Shown here one piece after another: positions 51,901 through 62,125 of a stretch of DNA of 64,000 nucleotides (within the stretch, counting starts at the first letter, position 1; every line of letters begins with the position of its first letter). The position numbers were made by a program, and so were the translations under genes. Origin of the DNA: Phoronis australis (lineage: Eukaryota > Animalia > Phoronida); the NCBI GenBank assembly GCA_002633005.1, contig NMRA01000032.1, positions 476,911 to 540,910 on the forward strand, read 5' to 3'. The notes under the pieces are model-generated. The model saw nothing but the letters and a program-made list of their open reading frames with translations, did no database searches and was not told where the DNA came from.

Positions 51901-54900
51901 CTATAAACTTTGACAAACTTGTGGGGCAGTCCAAACTACAACAGGTCGCGGCTGGATTTTACGAAGCCCAAAGCGATTTTTTATTACAGACCATTCCTGT
52001 TTTCTCTTACAATCCTCTATCTTTTTGCATTACAGAACATTGCGACGCTCTCGTTGATTGCACACATTTTGGCTATATAGGACCAGACTGTTCGTGTGTT
52101 TGCCCAGACGGCCTGGGGGGAGTTGATTGCAATAGTTTGGCACCGACAGCTAGTCGTAAGTTATGATTATATGCAACTTGAATTGCTTACACATGTCTAT
52201 AGGCACATTTGTTGTCGTTGCCACTGTACGACAAACGAAACGTAAAAAATAATTGGAATTGTGACTAAAAGATACAATAACAATTAGAAACATTGTGTTT
52301 TATGATAATGATACATGCAATTGTGGTGGAATTTGTGAAATAACAAATTTTATTAAAGTTAATTAAATCAGTTTTTGGCCACAATAAGATCAAAAACCGG
52401 ACAATTGCCGCACAAATAAAAAAGTTCATGTTCAATTCAACGTTTCGTCTTTTCATTAGATATCATCAGGATATTTACAACAATTAGGTCAACAAGTGCC
52501 AACATACAGCTCAGGTAACATCCATAGAGTGAAGTGAGAGATACAAGGATATGGTCGGTAGCTGTTCATCACCATAGCTGCAGGGTAACAGAGCTCTGCA
52601 TGTTATTCAAAGAATCAGTGGCATGCTGGTTCTCAATGGCCAATGACTCTTTAATGTATAGTAACTCCTTATTGAGTTCTCTGCAGATAATACTAACAGA
52701 GTTGGCTTGGTGATTGTAGCTAATACAATGCCTATATAGGTTACTTTTCTCTGAGGTGTGATGTTCTTTCAACCTGTCACAGAGGCGTCTCTGTGTAAGT
52801 CCTATATAGAATTCCTTACAGTTGTCACATTCAACCTTATACACAACATTGCTCTTGTTCAATAAAGGGATGGGTAACTTCAGTTTACACAGCATATTGG
52901 AAAGTTTCCGAAGGGGTTTGAAAACAACTATCAGTTCAACTGCTGGGTCTATGCAATGAATAAGGCGAGATAATTAGCGTTTCAATTTTATAGTACTTGG
53001 CCCGGTGTAACCAAGAGAAAAGAAACTTTCTTTTTCTCGGGTCCAATAACAGCTATCTTATCTGCCTCATTCATTTTTGAAAGAAAGTGCCTTTTACAGC
53101 TATTCAGGAAATTCAGAGGGTAACCATTGGAACGCAATAACTGGAAAATCATAGCTACGTCACTATCAAAATTTAAATTGGTGGAGCAGATTCTCCAGGC
53201 ACGGTGTAACAAGCAATTGACTAGACCTCTCTTGTACTGGATAGGCACAAAACTATCAAATTTAAGGTAGAGCCCAGAAAAACTGGGCTTACGATACACA
53301 GATGTAACAACGGTGCTATTATCACGTTTAACCAAGACATCTAGAAAAAGTAAACATGACTCGCGCTCAGATTCAATGGTGAAGTTGATGGACGGATGCA
53401 TATTGTTCATGTGATTAAAAAAGATGTTGACTGAGCTCTTGGATGAAAACACAACAAATGTATCATCCACGTACCTACGATAAAATTGTGGTTTATAGTC
53501 CGGTGGACAACTAGCCAGAGCCTCAGTCTCGAGATTGCACATGAAAATATTAGCTAACACTGGTCCCAGGGGTGAACCCATGGCTACTCCGTCAATCTGA
53601 TCATAGAAGTTATCATCAAACAGAAAATGGTTATGTTTAACAGCGATCGTGAGTAACTTACGTAATTGGTTACGAGTCAATTTATGGACTTTGTCAGTAT
53701 CATTATACAGCTTGTTTAGACACAACTCAATGACTTCATCCACGGGTACATTAGTGAAGAGGCTGCAAACGTCTAGACTACACATTAAATGGTGCATCAT
53801 TAAGTGCACGGACTTCATTAACAAACTGAAAAGAATTTTTAAGTGTGTAGTCATTCTCACTGATAGGTTTGAGAATTTTAACTAGGAATTTGGCAAGCTC
53901 GTGAGTGTATGTTCCAACACATGACACAATAGGCCGCAGCGGTACACCATCCTTGTGTGTCTCAGGGAGGCCGTATAGACGTGCTGGCTGTGACCCGCAT
54001 GGTCTAATGAGATTGTAAGTGTCCTGGTCTAATGCACCTGTCCGTTTAAGATTATATAGACAGTTCTGTAGGTGTTGTTCGCGCTTAGCTGTCGGGCCAT
54101 GATCGAGCTTGACGAATTTAGAACTGTCATTAACAATGTCATGTAGCTTAGAGAGGTAATCAGTCTTATCCATGATCACAATACCGTTGCCTTTGTCAGG
54201 ACGCGCGATGGTGATGTCTTGGCGTTGTGACAGGGAACGCAAAGCCTCTTACTCATCCGGTGTGAGATTCTGGAGTTGGTTACTGTTATAACTGTAGATG
54301 TAGCGATAACACAGTTCCCGAAGGCGATGTTTAAGCCTCCTTTTGTCAGGGATTAGGGTAGAAGAGATCTTGTTGTAGAATGATTCGAACCGGCGATGCT
54401 TTAGTGTCCATGGCATTGATGTGATGAGTGGGGATACTGAAAGTTAACCCTTTGCTAAGGAGTGCTATTTCAGTATCAGTAAGTGGAGTACTGGAAAAAT
54501 TGACGACAACCTTGTTGTCATCGAGTACACTCACACTGTAGCCATGTTTGCGTTTGAGACTGCTGATCTTACTAGAAAAACTGGGCTCTACCTTAAATTT
54601 GATAGTTTTGTGCCTATCCAGTACAAGAGAGGTCTAGTCAATTGCCTATTACACCGTGTCTGGAGAATCTGCTCCACCAATTTAAATTTTGATAGTGACG
54701 TAGCTATGATTTTCCAGTTATTGCATTCCAATGGTTACCCTCTGAATTTCTTGAATAGCTGTAAAAGGCACTTTCTTTCAAAAATGAACGAGGCAGATAA
54801 GATAGCTGTTATTGGACCCGAGAAAAAGAAAGTTTTCTTTTCTCTTGGTTACACCGGGCCAAGTAGTATAAAATTGAAACGCCAATTATCTCGCCTTATT

Positions 54901-57900
54901 TATTGCATAGACCCAGCAGTTGAACTGATAGTTGTTTTCAAACCCCTTCGGAAACTTTCCAATATGCTGTGTAAACTGAAGTCACCCATCCCTTTATTGA
55001 ACAAGAGCAATGTTGTGTATAAGGTTGAATGTGACAACTGTAAGGAATTCTATATAGGACTCACACAGAGACGCCTCTGTGACAGGTTGAAAGAACATCA
55101 CACCTCAGAGAAAAGTAACCTATATAGGCATTGTATTAGCTACAATCACCAAGCCAACTCTGTTAGTATTATCTGCAGAGAACTTAATAAGGAGTTACTA
55201 TACATTAAAGAGTCATTGGCCATTGAGAACCAGCATGCCACTGATTCTTGAATAACATGCAGAGCTCTGTAACCCTGCAGCTATGGTAATGACCAGCTAC
55301 CGACCATATCCTTGTATCTCTCACTTCACTCTATGGATGTTACCTGAGCTGTATGTTGGCACTTGTTGTCCTAATTGTTGTAAATATCCTGATGATGTCT
55401 AATGAAAAGACGAAACGATGAATTGAACATGAACTTTTTTATTTGTGCGGCGATTGTCCGGTTTTTGATTTTATTAAAGTTATATTGATCTCTGTTTTGG
55501 AATTATGTCATCTTACCAGAGATTACCATTTTTATGTTACTTATATTATTCATTACATTGTAATTGTGTTAGTCATAATAAGTGACCTTATATCGCCTAC
55601 CTCCGTCTCCTGTTCATCTCTGGTAACGAGCTTGCAAGGCACGTGTCATATATCGATCATACTTATGACTACTGCGTTGGACCATCCCATTTTAAACAAT
55701 CATTGCTGTTCGAACCGTTAATTTAGCTCTCAATATAATTTTATCTGTCAAAAAAATAAAATGGTACTTTTTATGATTTTACTACCATTTAAGAAGACCA
55801 CGATAATGTAAACGAATATGATTTTGTACCCCTTGTTTATTGTGGCCTGTATTTTCTATTGTGAAACAAAAGTATCAAAATTTGAGAAATATGAAAAGTA
55901 CAAGGTGAATGAACATTCAATCATTTGTCGTTTTCAGCATGCGGTGATATACTCGCGGAAACTAGTGGCACCATCACAACGCCAAATTATCCCAAGTCTT
56001 ATGGAAATAACAGAGATTGCAACTGGCTTATACAGGTATCACTCGGACTAGGTTATTGCCATCCACGTTAGTAATGGCCCCACCTAAGCCGGAGGCAACA
56101 ATGCCTTCAAGAAAAAATGGGTAAAGCGTAAAATATAAGTGCTGTGCAAAAGCTAGGACAACTACAAAGACAGCAACACTAAAGACGACATCGACGACGT
56201 TCAAGACGACCTTGAACATCACGTCCTCGACGACAATGTCAGCCTTGACAATGGTCAGTGCAACACCGATAAAAACATCGAGGAAGACGAGGACTTCTCT
56301 TGCAGCAATACGTAGTCATCATCATAGTAATGTCATCAAGAACATTGTCAACGAAATTGATAAAAAAACAAAAAAAAATTATTAGTCAATAAAATAAATG
56401 TCATCAGAAAATAAATTTCGAGTAATTCAAGAAACTCATGTCGTAACCAAAACTGGTGAACGCTGTTGGCAACGCTTCACGTGGCCGATCCATGTAGTGT
56501 CAAAGGGAGCCGTCGCAGGACGCCAGAGCATTGAAGTCCTATAAATACCGTCTCAGTGACGTCTTGCATCCTAGTTTGATAATGTTTATCTAGTCTCGAG
56601 ATAGCGAATTATTACGTACTCTCTAAGCGCACCATTCTTGTCATTAGAACGTGCGAATGACAAGAAGTCCGAACCATGGTTGGTCTTGAACCTTGAGACG
56701 ACTACTGCACTGAGCCTTGAGAAACTTACTACGTGCGACGGACCTTAGCCTAATGTAAATATCGACTAACTTCAAAATGGAAAATCAGAGCGTCGATTAA
56801 CGGGTTACACAGCTCTGGTAGCTCTTGTCGTGATCTAAAAACATCCCTAGTTTCAACTTGTCGCTTCTATACAACATAACATTTAGTGACGTAGTCACTA
56901 TTTCCATGATTTGACACTGTAGCTGATATTTCTAAATTTCTATAAAATCTAGGGACCCCCCGGATCCACCATTACGCTTACATTCGATGACTTTGATATT
57001 GAAGACGACAACGTGTGTTCTTGGGATTATTTGGAGATAAAGACACATGGCCCACACCATGGTGGACCAAGGTATGTGTCACATAATTGCTCATTTCTTT
57101 CATGTAACCCGTAGTCTAGCATTTCATTGAAACTGAGTTGTGACATATGCTGAGTCTTTTTGTGTTCAGACTCACCGCGGAATACTCAAAATAAAACAGT
57201 TGCGTCCAGAACTCCGGAGTTCTTTAATCCTGAACTCCGTCCGCAATTAAGGAACAACGGAACTCACCTCTACATTTGTAAAAATCATATTTAGTGTACA
57301 AGAGAAATATGATAATCCGAGTCCCCGAATTCGATGTGCATGCATTCAAATCAAACTAACATTTCTTTTGGGACACCCTGTATAACTCATTACAAAACTT
57401 TGACGTGCTTAAAATTGCAAAATACGTTGAGAGCATTAATCAAAATATCTGTCTCAAGCTTGATTAATGAGTTACACGGGGCCCTGTTGTTGCATTATCT
57501 AGCAATATTTACGAAACCATCCAGTCTTGATACATTTAGCTTATGACACTGAGGAGAATGAGTTCAGCCTGTTGCAACAACATTTAGTCAGTTCTTCCTA
57601 AGTGCATAAATCAATTTTTATCGAAGTCTCTTTTCTAATTGAACGTCAAAGAAAACCAAAGATAGACGCTCAACAGTTTCTGAAATGTTTATTTGGGTTT
57701 CTGAGTATTATTTGTTTATGATTTCGTAGTAAAATTCTGGAAAGTAAAGAACATTTACCACACAAATTTAGGACCTGCATGTTGTTTCGCTCAGTGATAT
57801 TTGTCAGGGTTCTCCCGTCAGGTGGCTTTGGAAACTGCAAAATGTGATTGTACACAGAGGAGATTCATACAGCAAAAACACTCGATGACCAGGGACGACG

Positions 57901-59745
57901 AGGCATACAAACTCACCATAGTGCACAATACTATTTTAGAGCTCCCAACCACTGACACCTGACGGGAAAACGTCACACTAACGAATAACTCAGAGAAACA
58001 GCATCGAGGTCGAAATATTCTTTACAATCCGAGGTTTGACGATGGAATCGCTGTCAGTATGTAAACGGTTACGTACTAAAGTAATGTATGATAAATAATG
58101 CATGTAAGTGAGTTTGTTGCTTCTGCCTTTCCAGAATCTGCGGCAAAGGTCCACAGGAAACTGTAGTGTACAACGACACGGCACTGATACTACAATTCCA
58201 TTCCGACGACAGTTACGATTTCAAAGGGTTCAAGATTTCCTACAAAATCAGCTTTGGAGCAATGGGTAAATAGCATAAATATATCTGATTTTGTCTGAAA
58301 ATATATACTTGAAGTGTTTGGCATAGCTTGTAAGTTTGATAAATGAGTTAGAGTGGAAGCCGATACACAAGTTTTCAGATAACCTTAAGTCATATAAGAT
58401 CACCGTACAGACGAAAGGCTTATCCTTACTTTGCACATCAAAATGAAAATGTAACATACAGACTAATGGTCATAAAAAGGCCTGGAACGCGAAAAAGCCA
58501 CGCACATTCCATAAAATATTCTGCATTTTCCGTACGACGTTATAACGAATACATAGATTATCGCACATACGTAGGAATACTATTGCCATTTCCTATCGTG
58601 AATTCATTTCATCTTGAAATGTCCCAACGAGACCGTGTGCTTCAGCTCGCTGTTAAATGACGTCAAGTATGCCTGTTGGATAAGACAATCTGAGAAAGTG
58701 TTGAATAATCAGTAAAGTTTTATTTCATAATAAATTGATCAGAATTTTCAGTTTGTGAAATGTACGAGATGAAGCACTGAACCATTCAAAAATATTAAAA
58801 GTTTGTCGAAAACTTCGAAACAATCCATGCGGGACAATAAAAATTGAAAAATTCCCTAAACCGAGGTGTACAGAAGTGTCATTTTTAGCTTCGATGAATT
58901 TTTTAGTTTTCTTTGCCTATTTTCGTGTCTTAGCTTCTGGACTGTAAATAATAACAGAAACATTTCCCTGTCTCGGTGTTGATCACAGCATTCATTGGAA
59001 AATAACGGTGGAAACTGTGCTGATTTGCTGAACTTAAGGCAAGGACTGTATGCAAAAAGCAGATTTTACGCTACGGCCCGCAAGGCTGGAGATTTTAACC
59101 CTGCGAGCAAACGATTGGCTCAGTAAAAAACACATAGTCGTTATTTAATAGGTCTTAATTTCCTGTGAAGACCTTAGCTCTCAGTGTCGATGTACTGTAT
59201 GGATCCATAACGAAAGGTTTTCGTGGGATTTGACTTAGATTTTGGCTGACCTAGGTTGAAACTTCAGCGAGGCCCAAAAATAGCCGCCTGATCACTGTGA
59301 TTCGGAATTTGCATTGGTAAAAACAGAAAACTGTTTTTAGAGCAGCAAAACTGCATTTTCAGGAACGACGCCTTGGATTAATGATTTAGGTAACTCAGAT
59401 GATTGAGCCCGATAAAATTAGGCGCTGTACACGCGAATTTACTCCATCAGCAGACTGCAGAGGCCTGAATGTAGAATTGGTAGTGGTAGTGGTTTGAGTT
59501 TGCATATCTTACGTACGTCACTACAATCGAATCGGCCAAACGCATTTTTATGCACGTGAATGTTTTTATCTGCAGTCAATGGTGGGTGGTCTAACTGGAA
59601 TCCATGGACACAGTGTTCCAAGTCATGTGGACTAGGTCTAAAGCTGAGGAGGCGTTATTGTAACAACCCTTCCCCGGCCGATGGCGGACAAAAGTGCAAT
59701 GGAGACGCCACAGACTTCTCCATCTGTAATATGGCAATTTGTTAA
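36653..59745 (+). CDS. Astacin-family (M12A) zinc metalloprotease, paralog 2: signal-propeptide-astacin-EGF-CUB-TSP1, ~488 aa, 11 exons traced
   Basis: Exons 36653-36721 (MNVIIPFLLCVAAVAMVLSAPVE), 38369-38582, 40681-40819, 41315-41387, 46990-47193 (HELMHTLGFYHEQSRTDRD, SVMHY), 48551-48680, 52036-52155 (EGF), 55938-56035, 56953-57071 and 58135-58265 (CUB), 59576-59745 (TSP1). Intron phases match paralog 1; the joined frame is open, 1467 nt. No equivalent of paralog-1 exon 2 was found. Confidence 0.9.
39510..40052. repeat. Diverged ~150-bp direct repeat pair (39510-39662, 39896-40052)
   Basis: Both copies read tcatgggc.atcaagcact.ctaaagat.ccc.cgaga..tcaacctcacacca.gggtatgaat..ctctttcggaaacttg. 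Confidence 0.7.
40865..41020. repeat. ~160-bp palindromic dispersed repeat, copy 2
   Basis: Same sequence and orientation as 6819-6977; inserted ~45 nt after an exon donor of paralog 2. Confidence 0.85.
41915..42726 (-). pseudogene. Unidentified intronless coding-like segment with two in-frame stops
   Basis: The 167-aa ORF 42223-42726 continues in frame past TGA (GLVTGRNVSCLGG..FLRPWDARGLHYYAKWRALH*KHL..FYKSTYNILNSYLLP). It is GC-richer than the surrounding intron. Confidence 0.35.
42846..42953. repeat. (GAT)n microsatellite
   Basis: Directly visible; it produces the spurious poly-D and poly-S ORFs. Confidence 0.95.
44561..46330 (+). mobile_element. Kolobok-like non-autonomous DNA transposon, copy 1 (TTAA TSD)
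   Basis: ttaa|aggatcatgccaccc ... gggtggcattctcct|ttaa. Carries the internal remnant GYQFEQEYNDGEILERRRE and a ~115-bp internal tandem duplication near 45410-45630. Confidence 0.8.
46367..46435 (+). other. tRNA-like / Pol III promoter sequence (SINE head or pseudo-tRNA)
   Basis: A box tggtgtagtgg and B box ggttcgaatcc, with acceptor-like pairing gctgag/ctcggt. The anticodon stem does not pair. Confidence 0.6.
47357..47437. repeat. (AAT/AAC)n microsatellite
   Basis: Directly visible; it produces the poly-I/T tail of ORF 47002-47496. Confidence 0.9.
48790..49789 (-). mobile_element. 5'-truncated L1/Tx1-clade LINE (zf-RVT C-terminus), 15-bp TSD
   Basis: FQFPLLHRILPTN..CTFCKCFPETLEHLFLECEYVNSFW. 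TSD aatgaaagatattat at 48775-48789 and 49790-49804, with an A-rich tail at the left end. Confidence 0.85.
49827..51635 (-). mobile_element. Kolobok-like non-autonomous DNA transposon, copy 2 (inverted relative to copy 1)
   Basis: ttaa|aggagaatgccaacc ... gggtggcattctcct|ttaa. It is the reverse complement of 44561-46330 along its length, with the minus-strand remnant GYQFEPEYTDQEILERRRE..MPATATEMFH. Confidence 0.82.
50052..50211. mobile_element. ~160-bp MITE nested in Kolobok copy 2
   Basis: TIR cgttcagtaacgctagga / tcctagcgtctactgaacg; absent at the matching position of copy 1 (~46100). Confidence 0.65.
52438..52469 (-). ncRNA. Minimal hammerhead ribozyme-like motif in the Penelope pLTR
   Basis: Minus strand reads CTGATGA tatct aatgaaa agac GAAAC GTTG: both core boxes plus palindromic AACGTT. 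Stem II has one mismatch and stem I is weak. Confidence 0.55.
55389..55420 (+). ncRNA. Minimal hammerhead ribozyme-like motif in the inverted Penelope pLTR
   Basis: CTGATGA tgtct aatgaaa agac GAAAC GATG: stem II is intact but the cleavage triplet is changed from GTT to GAT. Confidence 0.5.
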
Positions 59746-59952
59746 AGACGGCGTGAAATGAGCCAACTGCCTTTTAGATATGTTAAATAACATACTTTTG
59801 TGCAACATATCTTTGTTTCGTTTTATTTCACACAACCACTAATTAATGGGGCTATTCGACGTGGTGTCGCTGCTGTACTAGTCGTGATTGAATTGCGCAT
59901 GCGTCGCTGTCTGCATGTAAACAGCTGGTAAAAAGACGGAATTGTTATCAAA

Positions 59953-60095
59953 ATACGTCGTCGCGCTAAGCCTTATTATTGCTGTTTTACCGGGTGCAAA
60001 TCCTCGACAGGTGGTCATAAATTCCCAAAAGACCTAACGTTACTACAGGCGTGAAGAATTGTCGTCAAAAGGGTCAACCAAGTGACAAAAAAGCG
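59953..60095 (+). pseudogene. THAP zinc-finger remnant of the transposase
   Basis: YYCCFTGCKSSTGGHKFPKDLTLLQA*RIVVKR matches C-x4-C..FPKD..W..R, with the conserved W mutated to TGA. Confidence 0.7.
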
Positions 60096-61589
60096 TGTGG
60101 ATGCAGAAACCTCACGCCCCGTTACATAATCATGTTACTTGGAAAGCTTTTAGCAATTAAGTTTCTATAGACATCGCTCAGTGATGTTATCCCCACCAAT
60201 TACCCCCACTGAATAACCGGTTTATTCAGTGGAACTAAGTATTTCTCTTCAGAAACTCACCCGGGTAGGCAAGCAGCACATATCCACATATATTGTCCTG
60301 GATGTGGGTAATCCTAATATAAGAGATGTATGGGACGTGCCACTCAGAAATCAAGGGTGACTTTTCCAAACAATTACTTTACAAAACTGTACTATGTCAA
60401 AAAGAATTTCTAGATGAGTGAATTTCCTTATTTTATAATGTATCCCACCGCCAGGACTACCAAATTATAGTTACCGAATTAACATGAATGTGCTATTCAA
60501 TAAATTCATATATAACGTTGCACTGGAATAAATATTGACATCTAGAATGAATTTTATTTGTTGAGATCAGAAACACGTTTGAATTGTCATGAAAAATACA
60601 CATTCTTAAATCACTTGTAGCCTTTTCACATATTTTGATTCAGATCTTTTAAGATTTAACAATAAGGCTTGGATACAAAGATTATTTGTTTCTACATATA
60701 AACATGAAGACGAAATGTCAAGTAAGTTCTGCCATACAGAAGTAGTTTTATCTTGTGTTTTTTTTAATTTGCTAATAGTTATCTGACTATTCTGTAATAG
60801 GTGAGAAAAAACGACTGAAACCAGCCGCCTTATCGTCTATTATACCTTTCGACAAAGTGAAAAGCAGTCCTTCAGCATTAACCTTTGGGAATTGAGCATT
60901 TCAATTCAGAAAGTCAGCCCTTGATATCCCTGAAAGAGAAAATTACAGTTGTTCTTAACAAATAATGTTGTTCCGTTGTATGTATGTGGTTATTCATTTT
61001 GCCATTTTGTTTTTAATACACTGATTATTGTTCATTCTCGATTCTTGAGCATAACAGATTCTTATCCAGCTAGCTACGATTGAAAATTTACTTTGCTTGA
61101 ACGTGAAACTTTTGTTATAGACAAGTTAACACAAAACTTAAAACTGTTCAGAGGCCTTCTTAAAAAAGCTTTAAAAATAGTTACACTCACCGGATATTTC
61201 TATAGGTCAACAGGAAAATGACAATTCGCAAGCGTAATCGGTAATCACTTCAGCTTTATAAAGAAGCAGCACAACTGCACTGTATGGGGCTTTAAAACTG
61301 AAGAAATATTGCGGTTTGAATAATTAGTGACAAACGTGCCTGTTGATGAAAAATTTATTCGATCATCAAAGTGTAACATTAACGGGCTTTTTACTGACAA
61401 TAAGACAATCGATGCAGTCCCTGAATGTCATTTCCGCATAGTGCGTACCAAGATGAAAAGTTTTTACCATTAGTATAACCTCTTTCTTCTGAAAGGAAAG
61501 GTTAATGTCACTTAATGATAAAGGACAGGTATTTATACCAGATGCTTTTGGTTTTCATTTCACTGGGATCGAGTTTCAATGGCCTATAG

Positions 61590-62125
61590 AAGCACTTGTA
61601 AAAAGGTCCAGTTTAGGCACGTGGCTTTCCTTCATGTAACCTCATTCAGCCTCAGTAAAGTCCACAATTAGATCCTTGAAGATAAACATAACATCATATC
61701 ACTTGACTCACTTTGTGCCCAAAATCTGACCCTAAACTAGACCAGAGTGTAACTGGGTCTTCGTTAGATTCAGTCCTTCATGTTTCTTCCAGGAGAGGAT
61801 TTAAGCCATTGTTGTCCATACATGACTCATTGCCTATGGAAGGGCATCCTCACCAATGAGGTTGGCTGGTGTAGCAGTCAGATATAGCACCTCTTCACAC
61901 AGAAACAATCCAATGGCACATTTTCGTACGGTAGTTTAGTGCTGTGATTCCCATTTCTCCAATGCCACTTTCTTGTACATTGTGCCATACAACACTTCTG
62001 GTGTGTGGACGACATGCTGTGGGAAGAGAAAGGAGTAACAAAGCTTGTCGATGTTGCGGCTTGAAGTGGCCTTGAAAATGACACTGAACATGGAAGAAAT
62101 ATTGAAACATGAATAATTAAGTACG
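61590..62125 (-). pseudogene. YqaJ/lambda-exonuclease-like domain remnant
   Basis: SMFSVIFKATSSRNIDKLCYSFLFP..TPEVLYGTMYKKVALEKWE..GLFLCEEVLYLTATPANLIGEDAL..GQ..KDLIV..PKL, with stops and frameshifts. An upstream SAP-like piece LREKGASVRGRKHDLIQK lies at ~63424-63485. Confidence 0.65.

Larger units (their letters stand above)
52362..55467 (-). mobile_element. Penelope-like retroelement (RT + GIY-YIG), frameshifted, with an inverted duplicate of its 3' ~0.9 kb
   Basis: Minus-strand ORF pieces 54346-54534 (VVNFSS..LSKGLTF), 53778-54242 (DKGNG..LYGLP..RPIVS), 52988-53860 (DVCSLFTNVP, GVAMGSPLGP, RYVDD) and 52569-52895 (VVY..C..C..YIG). The plus-strand copy 54581-55467 mirrors 52391-53277. TSD attttattaaagtta at 52347-52361 and 55468-55482. 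Confidence 0.92.

Noticed and set aside
54544-55251. 235-aa stand-alone GIY-YIG gene
   Set aside because: It is the inverted partial duplicate of the Penelope 3' region with a fortuitous ATG from the junction.
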